Shown here one piece after another: positions 27,953 through 36,786 of a stretch of DNA of 64,000 nucleotides; the first letter of the stretch is position 1; each line of letters begins with the position of its first letter. Source of the stretch: an uncultured Rhizobium sp. (lineage in GTDB: Bacteria; Pseudomonadota; Alphaproteobacteria; Rickettsiales; UBA1997); contig CAZICL010000002.1 of NCBI GenBank assembly GCA_964537735.1, positions 66,573 to 130,572 of the forward strand. The letters are read 5' to 3'. The translations under genes and the position numbers were made by a program. The notes beneath the pieces were generated by a model, which was given only the letters and a program-made list of their open reading frames with translations, did no database searches and had not been told where the DNA came from.

Positions 27953-29374
27953 ATGTTTGACGAATTACACGAAGAATGCGGCATTTTCGCCATCTATAAC
28001 AGCAATGATGCGGCCGTAAATACTGCGCTTGGTCTTCATGCATTGCAACATCGTGGGCAAGAATCGGCGGGGATTGTTACTATGTCTGGAGGATCTTTCT
28101 CCGCTCACTATGCTGAAGGTCTAGTTTCTGATAATTTCAATTCGGCGGAGATTGCCAACAAACTTGAAGGCACTTCTGCCATTGGTCATGTGCGTTATTC
28201 CACTGCTGGCAAAAAAACAGCTCGTAACTGTCAGCCGATTTATGCTCAATTAAGCTTTGGCTTTTTGGCTGTTGCTCATAACGGCAATTTGACTAATGCC
28301 AATACTTTGCGCAACCGCTTGATTGAACGTGGAGCCATTTTCCAATCCACTATGGATACAGAAGTTATAATTCATTTAATTGCTCTAAGCCAAAAGGCTG
28401 GTCTTCACGATAAAATTATTGATGCGGTTTCGCAGATTGAAGGAGCATTTTCTTTGGTGATAATTCACAAAGACGAAATTATTGCCATTCGTGATCCAAA
28501 TGGTGTGCGTCCTCTTTCAATTGCCACGCTGGGAGATGCGTTCGTGGTTGCTTCTGAAACTTGTGCCTTTGACATTATCGGCGCTAAAGTTGTGCGTGAT
28601 GTTGAACATGGTGAGATGGTGATCATCGGCAAAGATGGCATTAAGTCGCTGCAACCTTTTGAAGTGAAACCGTCAAAATTTTGTATTTTTGAATATGTTT
28701 ATTTCGCAAGGCCAGACAGCGTCATTGAAGGTAAAAATGTTTATGCCATGCGTAAAAATATCGGTATTGAACTAGCAAAAGAAATTGCCATTGATGCCGA
28801 TGTTGTGGTTCCAATTCCTGACTCTGGAGTGCCGGCAGCGATTGGATATTCTATGCAGTCAAAAATTCCCTTCGAGCTTGGCATCATCCGCAATCACTAT
28901 GTGGGCAGAACTTTTATTGAACCAACTGATAAAATTCGTCACTTTGGCGTGAAGTTAAAACATAATGCTAATCTGGAAGTGATTAAGGATAAGAGAGTGA
29001 TTTTGATTGATGATAGTATTGTTCGTGGAACAACTTCAAAAAAGATCGTGCAAATGATGCGTGATGCCGGAGCTAAAGAAGTTCACATGTTAATTGCCAG
29101 CCCACCAACAATTGCACCATGTTTCTATGGCGTGGATACACCTGATAAAAAAGATTTGGTTGCTGCTAATTACTCAGTTGAAGAAATCGGAAAAATGATT
29201 GGTGTGGATAAGCTTGGCTATATTTCAATTAATGGTCTGTATCGTGCTATTGAAGGCAGCAAACGTAATGACGAAAATCCACAATATTGTGATGCTTGTT
29301 TTACTGACCAATATCCTATCCGTCTTTCCGACAAAGAAGGTGGTGCTATTCCGCTTTTTGATTTTATGAAATAA
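27953..29374 (+). CDS. purF: Amidophosphoribosyltransferase
   Basis: CGIFAIY is the N-terminal nucleophile. The PRTase motif VILIDDSIVRGTT is present. Confidence 0.95.
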   Translation: MFDELHEECGIFAIYNSNDAAVNTALGLHALQHRGQESAGIVTMSGGSFSAHYAEGLVSDNFNSAEIANKLEGTSAIGHVRYSTAGKKTARNCQPIYAQLSFGFLAVAHNGNLTNANTLRNRLIERGAIFQSTMDTEVIIHLIALSQKAGLHDKIIDAVSQIEGAFSLVIIHKDEIIAIRDPNGVRPLSIATLGDAFVVASETCAFDIIGAKVVRDVEHGEMVIIGKDGIKSLQPFEVKPSKFCIFEYVYFARPDSVIEGKNVYAMRKNIGIELAKEIAIDADVVVPIPDSGVPAAIGYSMQSKIPFELGIIRNHYVGRTFIEPTDKIRHFGVKLKHNANLEVIKDKRVILIDDSIVRGTTSKKIVQMMRDAGAKEVHMLIASPPTIAPCFYGVDTPDKKDLVAANYSVEEIGKMIGVDKLGYISINGLYRAIEGSKRNDENPQYCDACFTDQYPIRLSDKEGGAIPLFDFMK

Positions 29375-29379
29375 TTAAA

Positions 29380-29601
29380 ATGACTAAAAAATCTCCGAAA
29401 AATTTTGCTGAAAAAATTGCCAAAATGGATTTTGAATCTGCAACCTCGCGTCTTGAGGAAATTGTTGAAATTATGTCATCAGAAAAAATCAACCTGGATT
29501 CGATGGTTGATTTGTACGAGGAGGGAATTGCTCTGAAAGATCATTGTAATAAAAGGTTGGAAGAGGCGAAAATGAAAATTGAAACGATTGCTAATAAATA
29601 G
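29380..29601 (+). CDS. xseB: Exodeoxyribonuclease VII small subunit
   Basis: FESATSRLEEIVEIM...LDSMVDLYEEG. Confidence 0.9.
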   Translation: MTKKSPKNFAEKIAKMDFESATSRLEEIVEIMSSEKINLDSMVDLYEEGIALKDHCNKRLEEAKMKIETIANK

Positions 29602-29648
29602 GTTTCAGATTTAAAGCTGTGCTTCAAAATCTGAAATTAATGTTTAAG

Positions 29649-29790
29649 GAGACTGTGGCAAATCAAACTTTTCGTCGAATTTTTCGCAATTCAAATTTTT
29701 TTGAAACGCACGTACATCTGGGTACGCTTACCTTTCAAAAAAATTTGAATCACAAAAACTTCTTAGAAAATTTTGATTTGCCACAGTCTC
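29649..29790. mobile_element. Palindromic MITE-like element, family 1, full-length copy (142 bp)
   Basis: The terminal inverted repeats are gagactgtggcaaatcaaa / tttgatttgccacagtctc. The internal sequence is identical to the copy at 48847-48988. Confidence 0.85.
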
Positions 29791-29807
29791 TTAAGAACTA
29801 GAATATA

Positions 29808-29828
29808 ATGAGACTGTCGCAGTCTCAT
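29808..29828. repeat. Minimal palindrome made only of family-1 terminal sequence (atgagactg tcg cagtctcat)
   Basis: A perfect 9-bp hairpin lies 17 nt downstream of the full copy. Confidence 0.7.
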
Positions 29829-29863
29829 AATCCTAACACTAAACCCAAAAAAGCTTCTCTCCA

Positions 29864-30475
29864 ATGTTCCAAATGAAACAAATCCCAAACTTTTTGACCA
29901 CCTTCCGCATTGCTATTATTCCGGTTCTGGTTTTGTCATTTTATATTCCAGGAATGGTTTCAAATGTTATTGCAGCAATGCTTTTCGCTATTGCTGCTAT
30001 TACTGATTATTTTGACGGATATTTTGCTCGTGTTTTGAAGGTTCAGTCAAATTTCGGTCGTTGTCTTGACCCGATTGCCGATAAATTATTGGTAATTGTG
30101 GCGATTGTGATGCTGATTAATTTCAGTGATCGCAGTTTGTGGATATTGATTCCGGGATTGATAATAATTTGTCGTGAGGTTTTGGTTTCCGGTTTGCGAG
30201 AGTTTTTGGCTGAACTGCGTGTCAGTGTTCCAGTCAGCAAACTAGCAAAGTATAAAACTATGGTACAAATGGTGGCAATTACCGGACTTTTGCTTGGTGA
30301 AAATGGCACAGACTATACTTTTTATTATCTGATCGGCAATTGGATTGAAATGGGGATCAAATTTTCTTTGGTGGTGCTCATTGTGTTATTGGCAAAATTA
30401 TTATTCTGCTTTGCTGCTGTTTTGACTGTCATGACCGGATACGCCTATTTCCGTGTCGGTTTAAAAAACATGTAA
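29864..30475 (+). CDS. pgsA: CDP-diacylglycerol--glycerol-3-phosphate 3-phosphatidyltransferase
   Basis: The CDP-alcohol phosphatidyltransferase motif DYFDGYFAR...G..LDPIADK is present. Confidence 0.9.
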   Translation: MFQMKQIPNFLTTFRIAIIPVLVLSFYIPGMVSNVIAAMLFAIAAITDYFDGYFARVLKVQSNFGRCLDPIADKLLVIVAIVMLINFSDRSLWILIPGLIIICREVLVSGLREFLAELRVSVPVSKLAKYKTMVQMVAITGLLLGENGTDYTFYYLIGNWIEMGIKFSLVVLIVLLAKLLFCFAAVLTVMTGYAYFRVGLKNM

Positions 30476-31414
30476 CTAAAAAACCGACCCGGCATAGCTA
30501 ACAGTGTCTAAACAATCCTTCTGAATCTGTTCTTTTAACTCTTCAAGCGAGTTAAATTTTTTCTCATCGCGAATAAAATCGACAAACTCAACTGCAATTT
30601 TCTTGCCGTAAAGATTTTCGCTAAAATTAAAAATATGACTTTCAAACAAAGGAGAATTATTTCCTGCTATTGTTGGCTTGATTCCGAAATTCGTAACTGC
30701 GAGAAATTTTTTTCCTAAAGATGGCACAAAAACCCGTGTCTTATAAACTCCAAACTTAGGTTTAATAATATGAGGCTTGGCATTTAAGTTGGCTGTTGGG
30801 AATCCTAGTTGAGAAGCCAGTTTTCTGCCTTCATTAACAACTCCGCAAACAGTAAAATTTTTGCCTAAAAATTGATTGGCCATATTTATATTTCCATCAG
30901 AAATTAACTGGCGAATCAGGCTGGAAGAACAAATTTTTCCTGAATTGTAAAAGGCTGGGATTTCGTTTAATTCAAAACCGAATTGTGGCGCCATTTTTTC
31001 AAGTAGCACAAAATTTCCTTCACGATTTTTCCCAAAAATAAAATCATAACCAACTGATAAATGCCTGACATTTAAGGTTTTAACAAGAATCTCTTTAACA
31101 AAATCCTCAGCTTTCATCTGAGCGGTTTGTTGATTAAAATGTAGAAAAATGGCATAATCAATGTTCTGCTCAGCAAAATTTTTTAATTTCTGCGCCAAAT
31201 TATTGATTCTAAAATCCTTGGCTAAATTACCCTTAAAGAAAGTGATTGGATGAGGTTCAAAAGTTAAAATTGCTGAGGCTAAATTTTTGGTCACAGCAAT
31301 CTTTTTTACTTCCGAAATTATTTTTTGATGTCCCAAATGGACACCGTCAAAATTGCCAATGCTAAGTGCTAATGGAGTAGAGGTGGTTTTATTTAAACTG
31401 CGGATTAGTTTCAT
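30476..31414 (-). CDS. ribF: Bifunctional riboflavin kinase / FMN adenylyltransferase
   Basis: ALSIGNFDGVHLGHQKII is present, plus the C-terminal riboflavin kinase segment GFPTANL. Confidence 0.9.
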   Translation of the reverse strand: MKLIRSLNKTTSTPLALSIGNFDGVHLGHQKIISEVKKIAVTKNLASAILTFEPHPITFFKGNLAKDFRINNLAQKLKNFAEQNIDYAIFLHFNQQTAQMKAEDFVKEILVKTLNVRHLSVGYDFIFGKNREGNFVLLEKMAPQFGFELNEIPAFYNSGKICSSSLIRQLISDGNINMANQFLGKNFTVCGVVNEGRKLASQLGFPTANLNAKPHIIKPKFGVYKTRVFVPSLGKKFLAVTNFGIKPTIAGNNSPLFESHIFNFSENLYGKKIAVEFVDFIRDEKKFNSLEELKEQIQKDCLDTVSYAGSVF

Positions 31415-31577
31415 TTAACATTTATATACTCAATCAAATTCAAACTTTATTTGAATTTGGGTTTAGTTGTATTGCTGCTCGGCAAATAAATTGCTGCATC
31501 CACAATAGATTTAATTTTTTAGAACCTGTTCAAAATTTTGCGGTGACAACAAAATTTCAACCTTTTTCAAAGGTAAA

Positions 31578-31598
31578 ATGATAAATGATAAATGTTAA
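31578..31598 (+). repeat. Heptamer array ATGATAA-ATGATAA-ATGTTAA spanning the start of the downstream gene
   Basis: Three ATGs lie 7 nt apart. The second (31585) opens the long ORF. Confidence 0.7.
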
Positions 31599-33303
31599 AT
31601 CAAGTTGCATGCAATTTTTTATTTTCTTTCTGTTGCTATTTTCTTCCAACGCCTTGGCTGATGATGAATTTAGTGGAAAAATAGCCACCTTTGATGATTC
31701 CAAATATAGCCAAAATTTTGATCATTTTTATTACGTAAATCCGCAAGCACCAAAGGGTGGTGCTGTTCGTTTTGGGGTTGAGGGAACTTTCAATAATTTA
31801 AATCCATTCATTCTCAAAGGCATTAATGCCGCCGGTCTTTCCTATCTTTATGATAGTTTGATGGAAGCTTCAGAAGACGAAATATCTGCATGTTATGGTC
31901 TTATTGCTGAAGGTGTGCATTATTCTGCCGATAAATTTGAGTTAATTTTCAAGCTAAGAAAATCAGCGCGTTGGCAGGATGGTGAGCCAATCACAGCCGA
32001 TGACGTGGTTTTTACTTTTAATAAATTAATCACTGACGGACATCCTTCTTACAAAATGATTTATCGTGACGTGAAGGATGTAGTAAAGTTGTCGGATCGG
32101 CAGGTAAAGTTTATTCTTAAAAATAATCAGAATCGTGATTTATTGGTCATGATCGCTTCAATGAAAGTTTTGCCGAAACATTATTTTGAGAAGGTAAATT
32201 TTTCTACAACCACACTGCAAGCTCCCATTGGTTCTGGGCCATATAAAATTAAAGAAGTTAACCCGGGAAAATCGATCACTTATGAACGTGACAAAAACTA
32301 CTGGGCTAAAAATTTAGCGGTCAATCGCGGGCGCTATAATTTTGATCTAATTAGCTATGATTATTACCGCGATAATAACGTTCTGATCGAAGCTTTTAAA
32401 GCCGAGCAATATGATTTGCGTCAAGAAAATGTAGCGCGCAATTGGGCTAACGCTTATAATATTGAAGCTGTTGCTAGTGGAAAAATAATTAAAAAAGAAA
32501 TCGCCAATAACTTACCAGCACCTCTACAAACCTTTGTTTTCAACCTGCGCCGCGATAAGTTTAAAAATCCAGCATTGCGCAAAGCATTAACTTACGCCTT
32601 TGATTTTGAATGGCTTAAAAACCATATTTTTTATGGTGCTTACAAACGTAGTGAGAGTTATTTTCCTAATTCTGTTTTTGGCTATAAAGGGTTTCATATG
32701 CCGCAATCGCAAGGCGATGGTTTTAACCGCAACAATTTACTTCAAGCCAAGCAAATCCTTGAAGTTGCCGGTTATAGAATGATTGATGGCAAGTTGATTG
32801 ACCAAGCAAATGGTGAACAATTAACTATCGAATTTTTGATTGATACGCCATCTTTTCAGATGATTACGGCGCCCTTTGTAAAGAACCTTGAGAAGCTTGG
32901 TATTGCAGCAAAACTACGTTTTGTTGAGGAAAATCAATATCAAACACGGGTTAATAATTTTGATTATGATATTATTGTTGCGGTATTTGGACAGAGTTTA
33001 ATTCCAGGAAATGAGTTATTCGCCTATTGGCATTCGTCACAAAAAGATATTAAAGGCTCGCAAAATTTGTCCGGACTCAACGATAAAACAGTTGATGAGT
33101 TGGTCGAAAAAATTGCCGCAACCAAGGACAAACAAAAGTTGATAAAATTATGCAGCGAATTTGATCGCTACATGTTGGAAAATTATTATACTATCCCGCA
33201 GTGGTACAATAGCAGCTATAGAATTTTATATCGTAATATTTTTGCCATGCCAAAAATCACCCCAAAATATTCTTTGGGGCTTGATAGCTGGTGGATAAAA
33301 TAA
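31585..33303 (+). CDS. ABC transporter substrate-binding protein, family 5 (peptide/opine type, YejA-like)
   Basis: It has a signal peptide, YYVNPQAPKGG, and family-5 SBP length and organisation. Confidence 0.8.
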   Translation: MINVKSSCMQFFIFFLLLFSSNALADDEFSGKIATFDDSKYSQNFDHFYYVNPQAPKGGAVRFGVEGTFNNLNPFILKGINAAGLSYLYDSLMEASEDEISACYGLIAEGVHYSADKFELIFKLRKSARWQDGEPITADDVVFTFNKLITDGHPSYKMIYRDVKDVVKLSDRQVKFILKNNQNRDLLVMIASMKVLPKHYFEKVNFSTTTLQAPIGSGPYKIKEVNPGKSITYERDKNYWAKNLAVNRGRYNFDLISYDYYRDNNVLIEAFKAEQYDLRQENVARNWANAYNIEAVASGKIIKKEIANNLPAPLQTFVFNLRRDKFKNPALRKALTYAFDFEWLKNHIFYGAYKRSESYFPNSVFGYKGFHMPQSQGDGFNRNNLLQAKQILEVAGYRMIDGKLIDQANGEQLTIEFLIDTPSFQMITAPFVKNLEKLGIAAKLRFVEENQYQTRVNNFDYDIIVAVFGQSLIPGNELFAYWHSSQKDIKGSQNLSGLNDKTVDELVEKIAATKDKQKLIKLCSEFDRYMLENYYTIPQWYNSSYRILYRNIFAMPKITPKYSLGLDSWWIK

Positions 33304-33367
33304 CATATAATTTGTGATTTACGATTTATGATTGATGCTTTAAAAAGAGTAAAAATTCATGAATTAA

Positions 33368-33389
33368 GAGACTGTCGAAAATCAAACTT
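33368..33389. repeat. Left-arm fragment of palindromic element family 1
   Basis: gagactgtcgaaaatcaaactt lies immediately upstream of the nfu-like start. Confidence 0.65.
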
Positions 33390-33398
33390 AAATTAATT

Positions 33399-33962
33399 AT
33401 GTTTATCCAAACTGAAGAAACGCCAAATCCAGCAACTTTAAAATTTATTCCTGACGGTCACTCAGTTTTAGCTAGCGGTACGGCAGAATTTAAAAATCAA
33501 AAATCAGCCGCAACCAAGTCTCCTTTGGCGTTACAGCTTTTTGAAATCAGCGGAGTTGAAGCGATATTTTTGGGTCGTGATTTTATTACAGTGACCAAAA
33601 CGGAAAAAGTGGAATGGTCAAAAATCAAAGCTGATATTTTAGCCACAATCATGGATTTCTTTGTTTCAGGAAAGCCGGTGTTATATGATGCTGCGGCACA
33701 AGATGATGGTGTAAATGATGATGATAGTGAAATTGTAAAGCAGATAAAAGAACTAATAGAAATTAAAGTTCGTCCGGCAGTGGCAATGGATGGCGGTGAT
33801 ATTATTTTTCATTCTTTTGAAGAGGGAATTGTCAGATTGGTTTTGAAAGGTTCATGTTCGGGATGCCCTAGCTCCACTATCACTTTGAAAAATGGTATTG
33901 AGAATATGCTTAAACATTACATTCCAGAAGTGGAAGCGGTTGAGCAGGTGCAAGACGATTAG
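33399..33962 (+). CDS. NifU/Nfu-type Fe-S cluster scaffold protein (Nfu_N + NifU C-terminal domain)
   Basis: MFIQTEETPNPATLKFIP and the CSGCPSS motif are present. Confidence 0.85.
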   Translation: MFIQTEETPNPATLKFIPDGHSVLASGTAEFKNQKSAATKSPLALQLFEISGVEAIFLGRDFITVTKTEKVEWSKIKADILATIMDFFVSGKPVLYDAAAQDDGVNDDDSEIVKQIKELIEIKVRPAVAMDGGDIIFHSFEEGIVRLVLKGSCSGCPSSTITLKNGIENMLKHYIPEVEAVEQVQDD

Positions 33963-34083
33963 TTGATTTTTTGGCGTGTAAGAGTTTTAAAAGAATAACG
34001 GGCGAAGGCTATGCCGCTCGCCCCGGCTCTTAATTGTCTTCGAGCGTAAGCGAGAAAAGCGATTAAGAGTGTTACAAATTTTA

Positions 34084-34160
34084 GCGTTCGTAGCTCAACT
34101 GGATAGAGTATTGCCCTCCGAAGGCAAAGGTTGGAGGTTCAAATCCTCTCGAGCGCACCA
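34084..34160 (+). tRNA. tRNA-Arg (anticodon CCG)
   Basis: GCGTTCGTAGCTCAACTGGATAGAGTATTGCCCTCCGAAGGCAAAGGTTGGAGGTTCAAATCCTCTCGAGCGCACCA. The cloverleaf is consistent and the anticodon loop is CT-CCG-AA. Confidence 0.95.
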
Positions 34161-34247
34161 TTCGCTTACGCTTTGCTACAGCGCAATTGATTTGATAAGT
34201 GAGTTTTGCGCATCCTTATTTTTAGGGAAAAATTAAAAATTAAAAAC

Positions 34248-34985
34248 ATGAAAAGCATTGTCACAGCAGCTTTCGTAATGATTGGAGATGAAATACTTTC
34301 CGGTCGCACCGAAGATAAAAACCTTAATTTCCTAGCAAAAAGTTTGACGGAATTAGGAATTAATTTACGCGAAGTACGAGTTGTTCCTGATAATGAAGAA
34401 GAAATTATTTCGGCAGTAAATTTGATGAGAGAAAAATTCGATTATGTTTTTACCAGTGGTGGAATTGGCCCAACTCACGATGATATAACTTCCTTAGCAA
34501 TCGCCAAAGCCTTTGACGATGAATTGGTTCAAAATGCTGAGGCTACTGCAATCATGGAAGTTTTTTACGGTAAGGGAAATTTAAATGAAGCGCGTTTAAA
34601 AATGGCTTTTGTACCAAGTCAGGCCAAGCTTTTAGACAATCCAGTTTCTTCTGCTCCGGGTTTTAGAATTGACAATGTTTTTGTAATGGCTGGTGTGCCA
34701 AAAATATTTCAAGCTATGTTTGCAGCGGCAGCAAAAGAACTAGTTGGTGGCACGAAAGTGCGCGCAAAAGAAATAAAAATTTCGTTAACCGAAAGTATCA
34801 TTGCTCAGGATTTAAAAACCCTGCAAACACAATATCCGCAAGTGGCAATGGGAAGTTATCCTTTTGAAGGTGGAACATCTTTGGTTTTTCGTAGTAATGA
34901 TTATGAATCTTTGGAGAAATCATCAGTGCAAATGATCGAAATTCTTGAAAGAATAAAAAGCGCTTCAATAATCTCCGTCAGCTAA
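34248..34985 (+). CDS. CinA-like / MoCF-biosynthesis (molybdopterin-binding) domain protein
   Basis: AFVMIGDEILSGRTEDKNLNFLAKSL and SGGIGPTHDDIT are present. I prefer the ATG at 34248 to the TTG at 34206. Confidence 0.75.
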   Translation: MKSIVTAAFVMIGDEILSGRTEDKNLNFLAKSLTELGINLREVRVVPDNEEEIISAVNLMREKFDYVFTSGGIGPTHDDITSLAIAKAFDDELVQNAEATAIMEVFYGKGNLNEARLKMAFVPSQAKLLDNPVSSAPGFRIDNVFVMAGVPKIFQAMFAAAAKELVGGTKVRAKEIKISLTESIIAQDLKTLQTQYPQVAMGSYPFEGGTSLVFRSNDYESLEKSSVQMIEILERIKSASIISVS

Positions 34986-35011
34986 TTCTATTGCACTTCA
35001 TCCGCTAAAAA

Positions 35012-35878
35012 ATGGAACAAAAATTCGAGTCACTTAAAAAAGAAAATCCCGAGCAATTGGCGGAATATTTTGATTTCGTCAAGACTTCCGTTAAAGATGG
35101 CAGCTATTTTAAAGATGGTGTGAATTGGTATTTTTTTCGTTATGTAAATCCTTTTTGTGAAAGAACCGTTCTTTCTTTTGCCAGCATTGTAGCCTGCATC
35201 ATCTGTTATTGTTTGTTTGTTATGATCCAGGGTGCTTTTCCTTTGGTGCAAAAAGATCCGATTATTATTCGCTCCATTGACGAGTCGCGCTATTTTCCAA
35301 ATTTGATTCCGCTCAAACCTCACTCTACTGGTCCAGGATTTGAAGAATATGATCCTAAAATTGTCACAGTGGATGAGGCGATTGCAAAATATTTGGTTTC
35401 AGTTTATGTCACTAATCGTGAAGCTTATGATTTCAGCAAAGCCGAGGTTGAAGATGTGAATAATAAATTTAATCGTATCAGGAATACTTCCGTAGATAAG
35501 GAATACCGTGAGTTTCAGCTTTATATGAGTAAAGATAATCCAGACAGTCCGATTTTAAATTTTGGTCGTAATGTCGTTAAAACCATTGATATAACATCGG
35601 TTAAGTTTGTTAAGAAAGACGCCAAGGATTTTGCTAGTAAAGCTAAGGATTTTATTTCTGTGCAAATTCCCACCGATGCTGAAGTGCGTTTTATTGCAAC
35701 TACAAGTTCGGTTGATGATGAGGGAACAATCAAAACTCAAAGCCAGAATTATTTGGCAAAAATTAATTTTTCTTTTTCCGGCGCAATCAAGGTTAGTAAA
35801 AGAGATCGCGTCAGAGAGCAGGGTAAAAAGCCGTTAGATTTTATAGTCAAAAATTACAAATTGTACAAGGTGGAATAA
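35012..35878 (+). CDS. virB8: Type IV secretion system protein VirB8
   Basis: It has a single TM segment after the cytoplasmic N-terminus. YVTNREAYDF and the C-terminal PLDFIVKNYKLY resemble the VirB8 NPLGF.V..Y motif. It lies directly upstream of virB9. Confidence 0.7.
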   Translation: MEQKFESLKKENPEQLAEYFDFVKTSVKDGSYFKDGVNWYFFRYVNPFCERTVLSFASIVACIICYCLFVMIQGAFPLVQKDPIIIRSIDESRYFPNLIPLKPHSTGPGFEEYDPKIVTVDEAIAKYLVSVYVTNREAYDFSKAEVEDVNNKFNRIRNTSVDKEYREFQLYMSKDNPDSPILNFGRNVVKTIDITSVKFVKKDAKDFASKAKDFISVQIPTDAEVRFIATTSSVDDEGTIKTQSQNYLAKINFSFSGAIKVSKRDRVREQGKKPLDFIVKNYKLYKVE

Positions 35879-35880
35879 TA

Positions 35881-36741
35881 ATGAAGTTTTTTAAATTTTT
35901 TCTTTTGGTTTTTTTAATCGTTGCGCCTTGCTCTCTTAAAGCTGCCCAACAACCACGTTTTCTTGGTACGGAGAAAAAATTTAGAAGTTATGTTTATAAT
36001 CCCAATGATGTTTACCTTTATTTAGGACACTACACCTATCAAGGCTTTATCGAGTTTGAAGCTGGCGAAACTATCAGCACCATTTCTATGGGTGATCCAT
36101 CTTTGTGGATGTTTGAGCATTTGCAAAATCGTCTTTTTTTAAAACCAGTTGGCGAAGATAATTCTGAAACCAACATGACCGTAATCACCAACAAAAGAAT
36201 CTATCATTTTGAATTGATGGCCAAAGAGGCTAAAAGCATTAATGACAAAGATTTGATCTTCGTTGCCAAGTTTGTTTATCCTGATGAAAAAGATAAAAAT
36301 ATTGTTGAATTTGCTAGGTCGGAAAAATCTGATGAGCCTGATATGCACGATATCTCCATTTATAACTTTAATTACCAATATACCGGTGAGCCTTCAATTG
36401 CACCGCTTAAAGTCTTTGATAATGGTGAATTTACTTATTTCCAATTTCCGAAAAAGAATGCCGAAATTCCAGCAATTTTTACCGTCGATTCTGCTGGTTT
36501 TGAATCGCTGGTTAACTTTAGATCAGCTGGTCAATATATTATTGTTGAAAGAGTCTCGCCGCAATTCACCTTGCGCAATGGAGCTGAAATTGTCTGCGTT
36601 TACAACACAACTATGTTTAGTGACGGCAGATCCATTTCGGCTCCACGTTCTGCCAACGCGCCGGTGATGCCAAATAGTTTTGTTAACCCTCCTCCGTCTG
36701 GGGCAATCCCGCAGCAAATGATTCCTAGAAGGAATTATTAG
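35881..36741 (+). CDS. virB9: Type IV secretion system protein VirB9 (CagX/TrbG family)
   Basis: It has a signal peptide, RIYHFELM and EFTYFQFP motifs, and starts 3 nt after the virB8 stop. Confidence 0.8.
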   Translation: MKFFKFFLLVFLIVAPCSLKAAQQPRFLGTEKKFRSYVYNPNDVYLYLGHYTYQGFIEFEAGETISTISMGDPSLWMFEHLQNRLFLKPVGEDNSETNMTVITNKRIYHFELMAKEAKSINDKDLIFVAKFVYPDEKDKNIVEFARSEKSDEPDMHDISIYNFNYQYTGEPSIAPLKVFDNGEFTYFQFPKKNAEIPAIFTVDSAGFESLVNFRSAGQYIIVERVSPQFTLRNGAEIVCVYNTTMFSDGRSISAPRSANAPVMPNSFVNPPPSGAIPQQMIPRRNY

Positions 36742-36786
36742 GTTACACAACTCACAATCACGGCCAGAAAAAATTTATTAGAAAAC

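Noticed and set aside
29619-29801. 60-aa ORF (MLQNLKLMFKETVANQTF...)
   Set aside because: It lies entirely within the family-1 palindromic element. The same sequence occurs at 48847-48988 in a different context, so the ORF is a read-through of repeat DNA and not a gene.
36263-36667. 134-aa alternative-frame ORF within virB9, plus the antisense ORFs at 36139-36378 and 36523-36750
   Set aside because: They overlap the VirB9 frame, which carries recognisable family motifs. There is no independent support.
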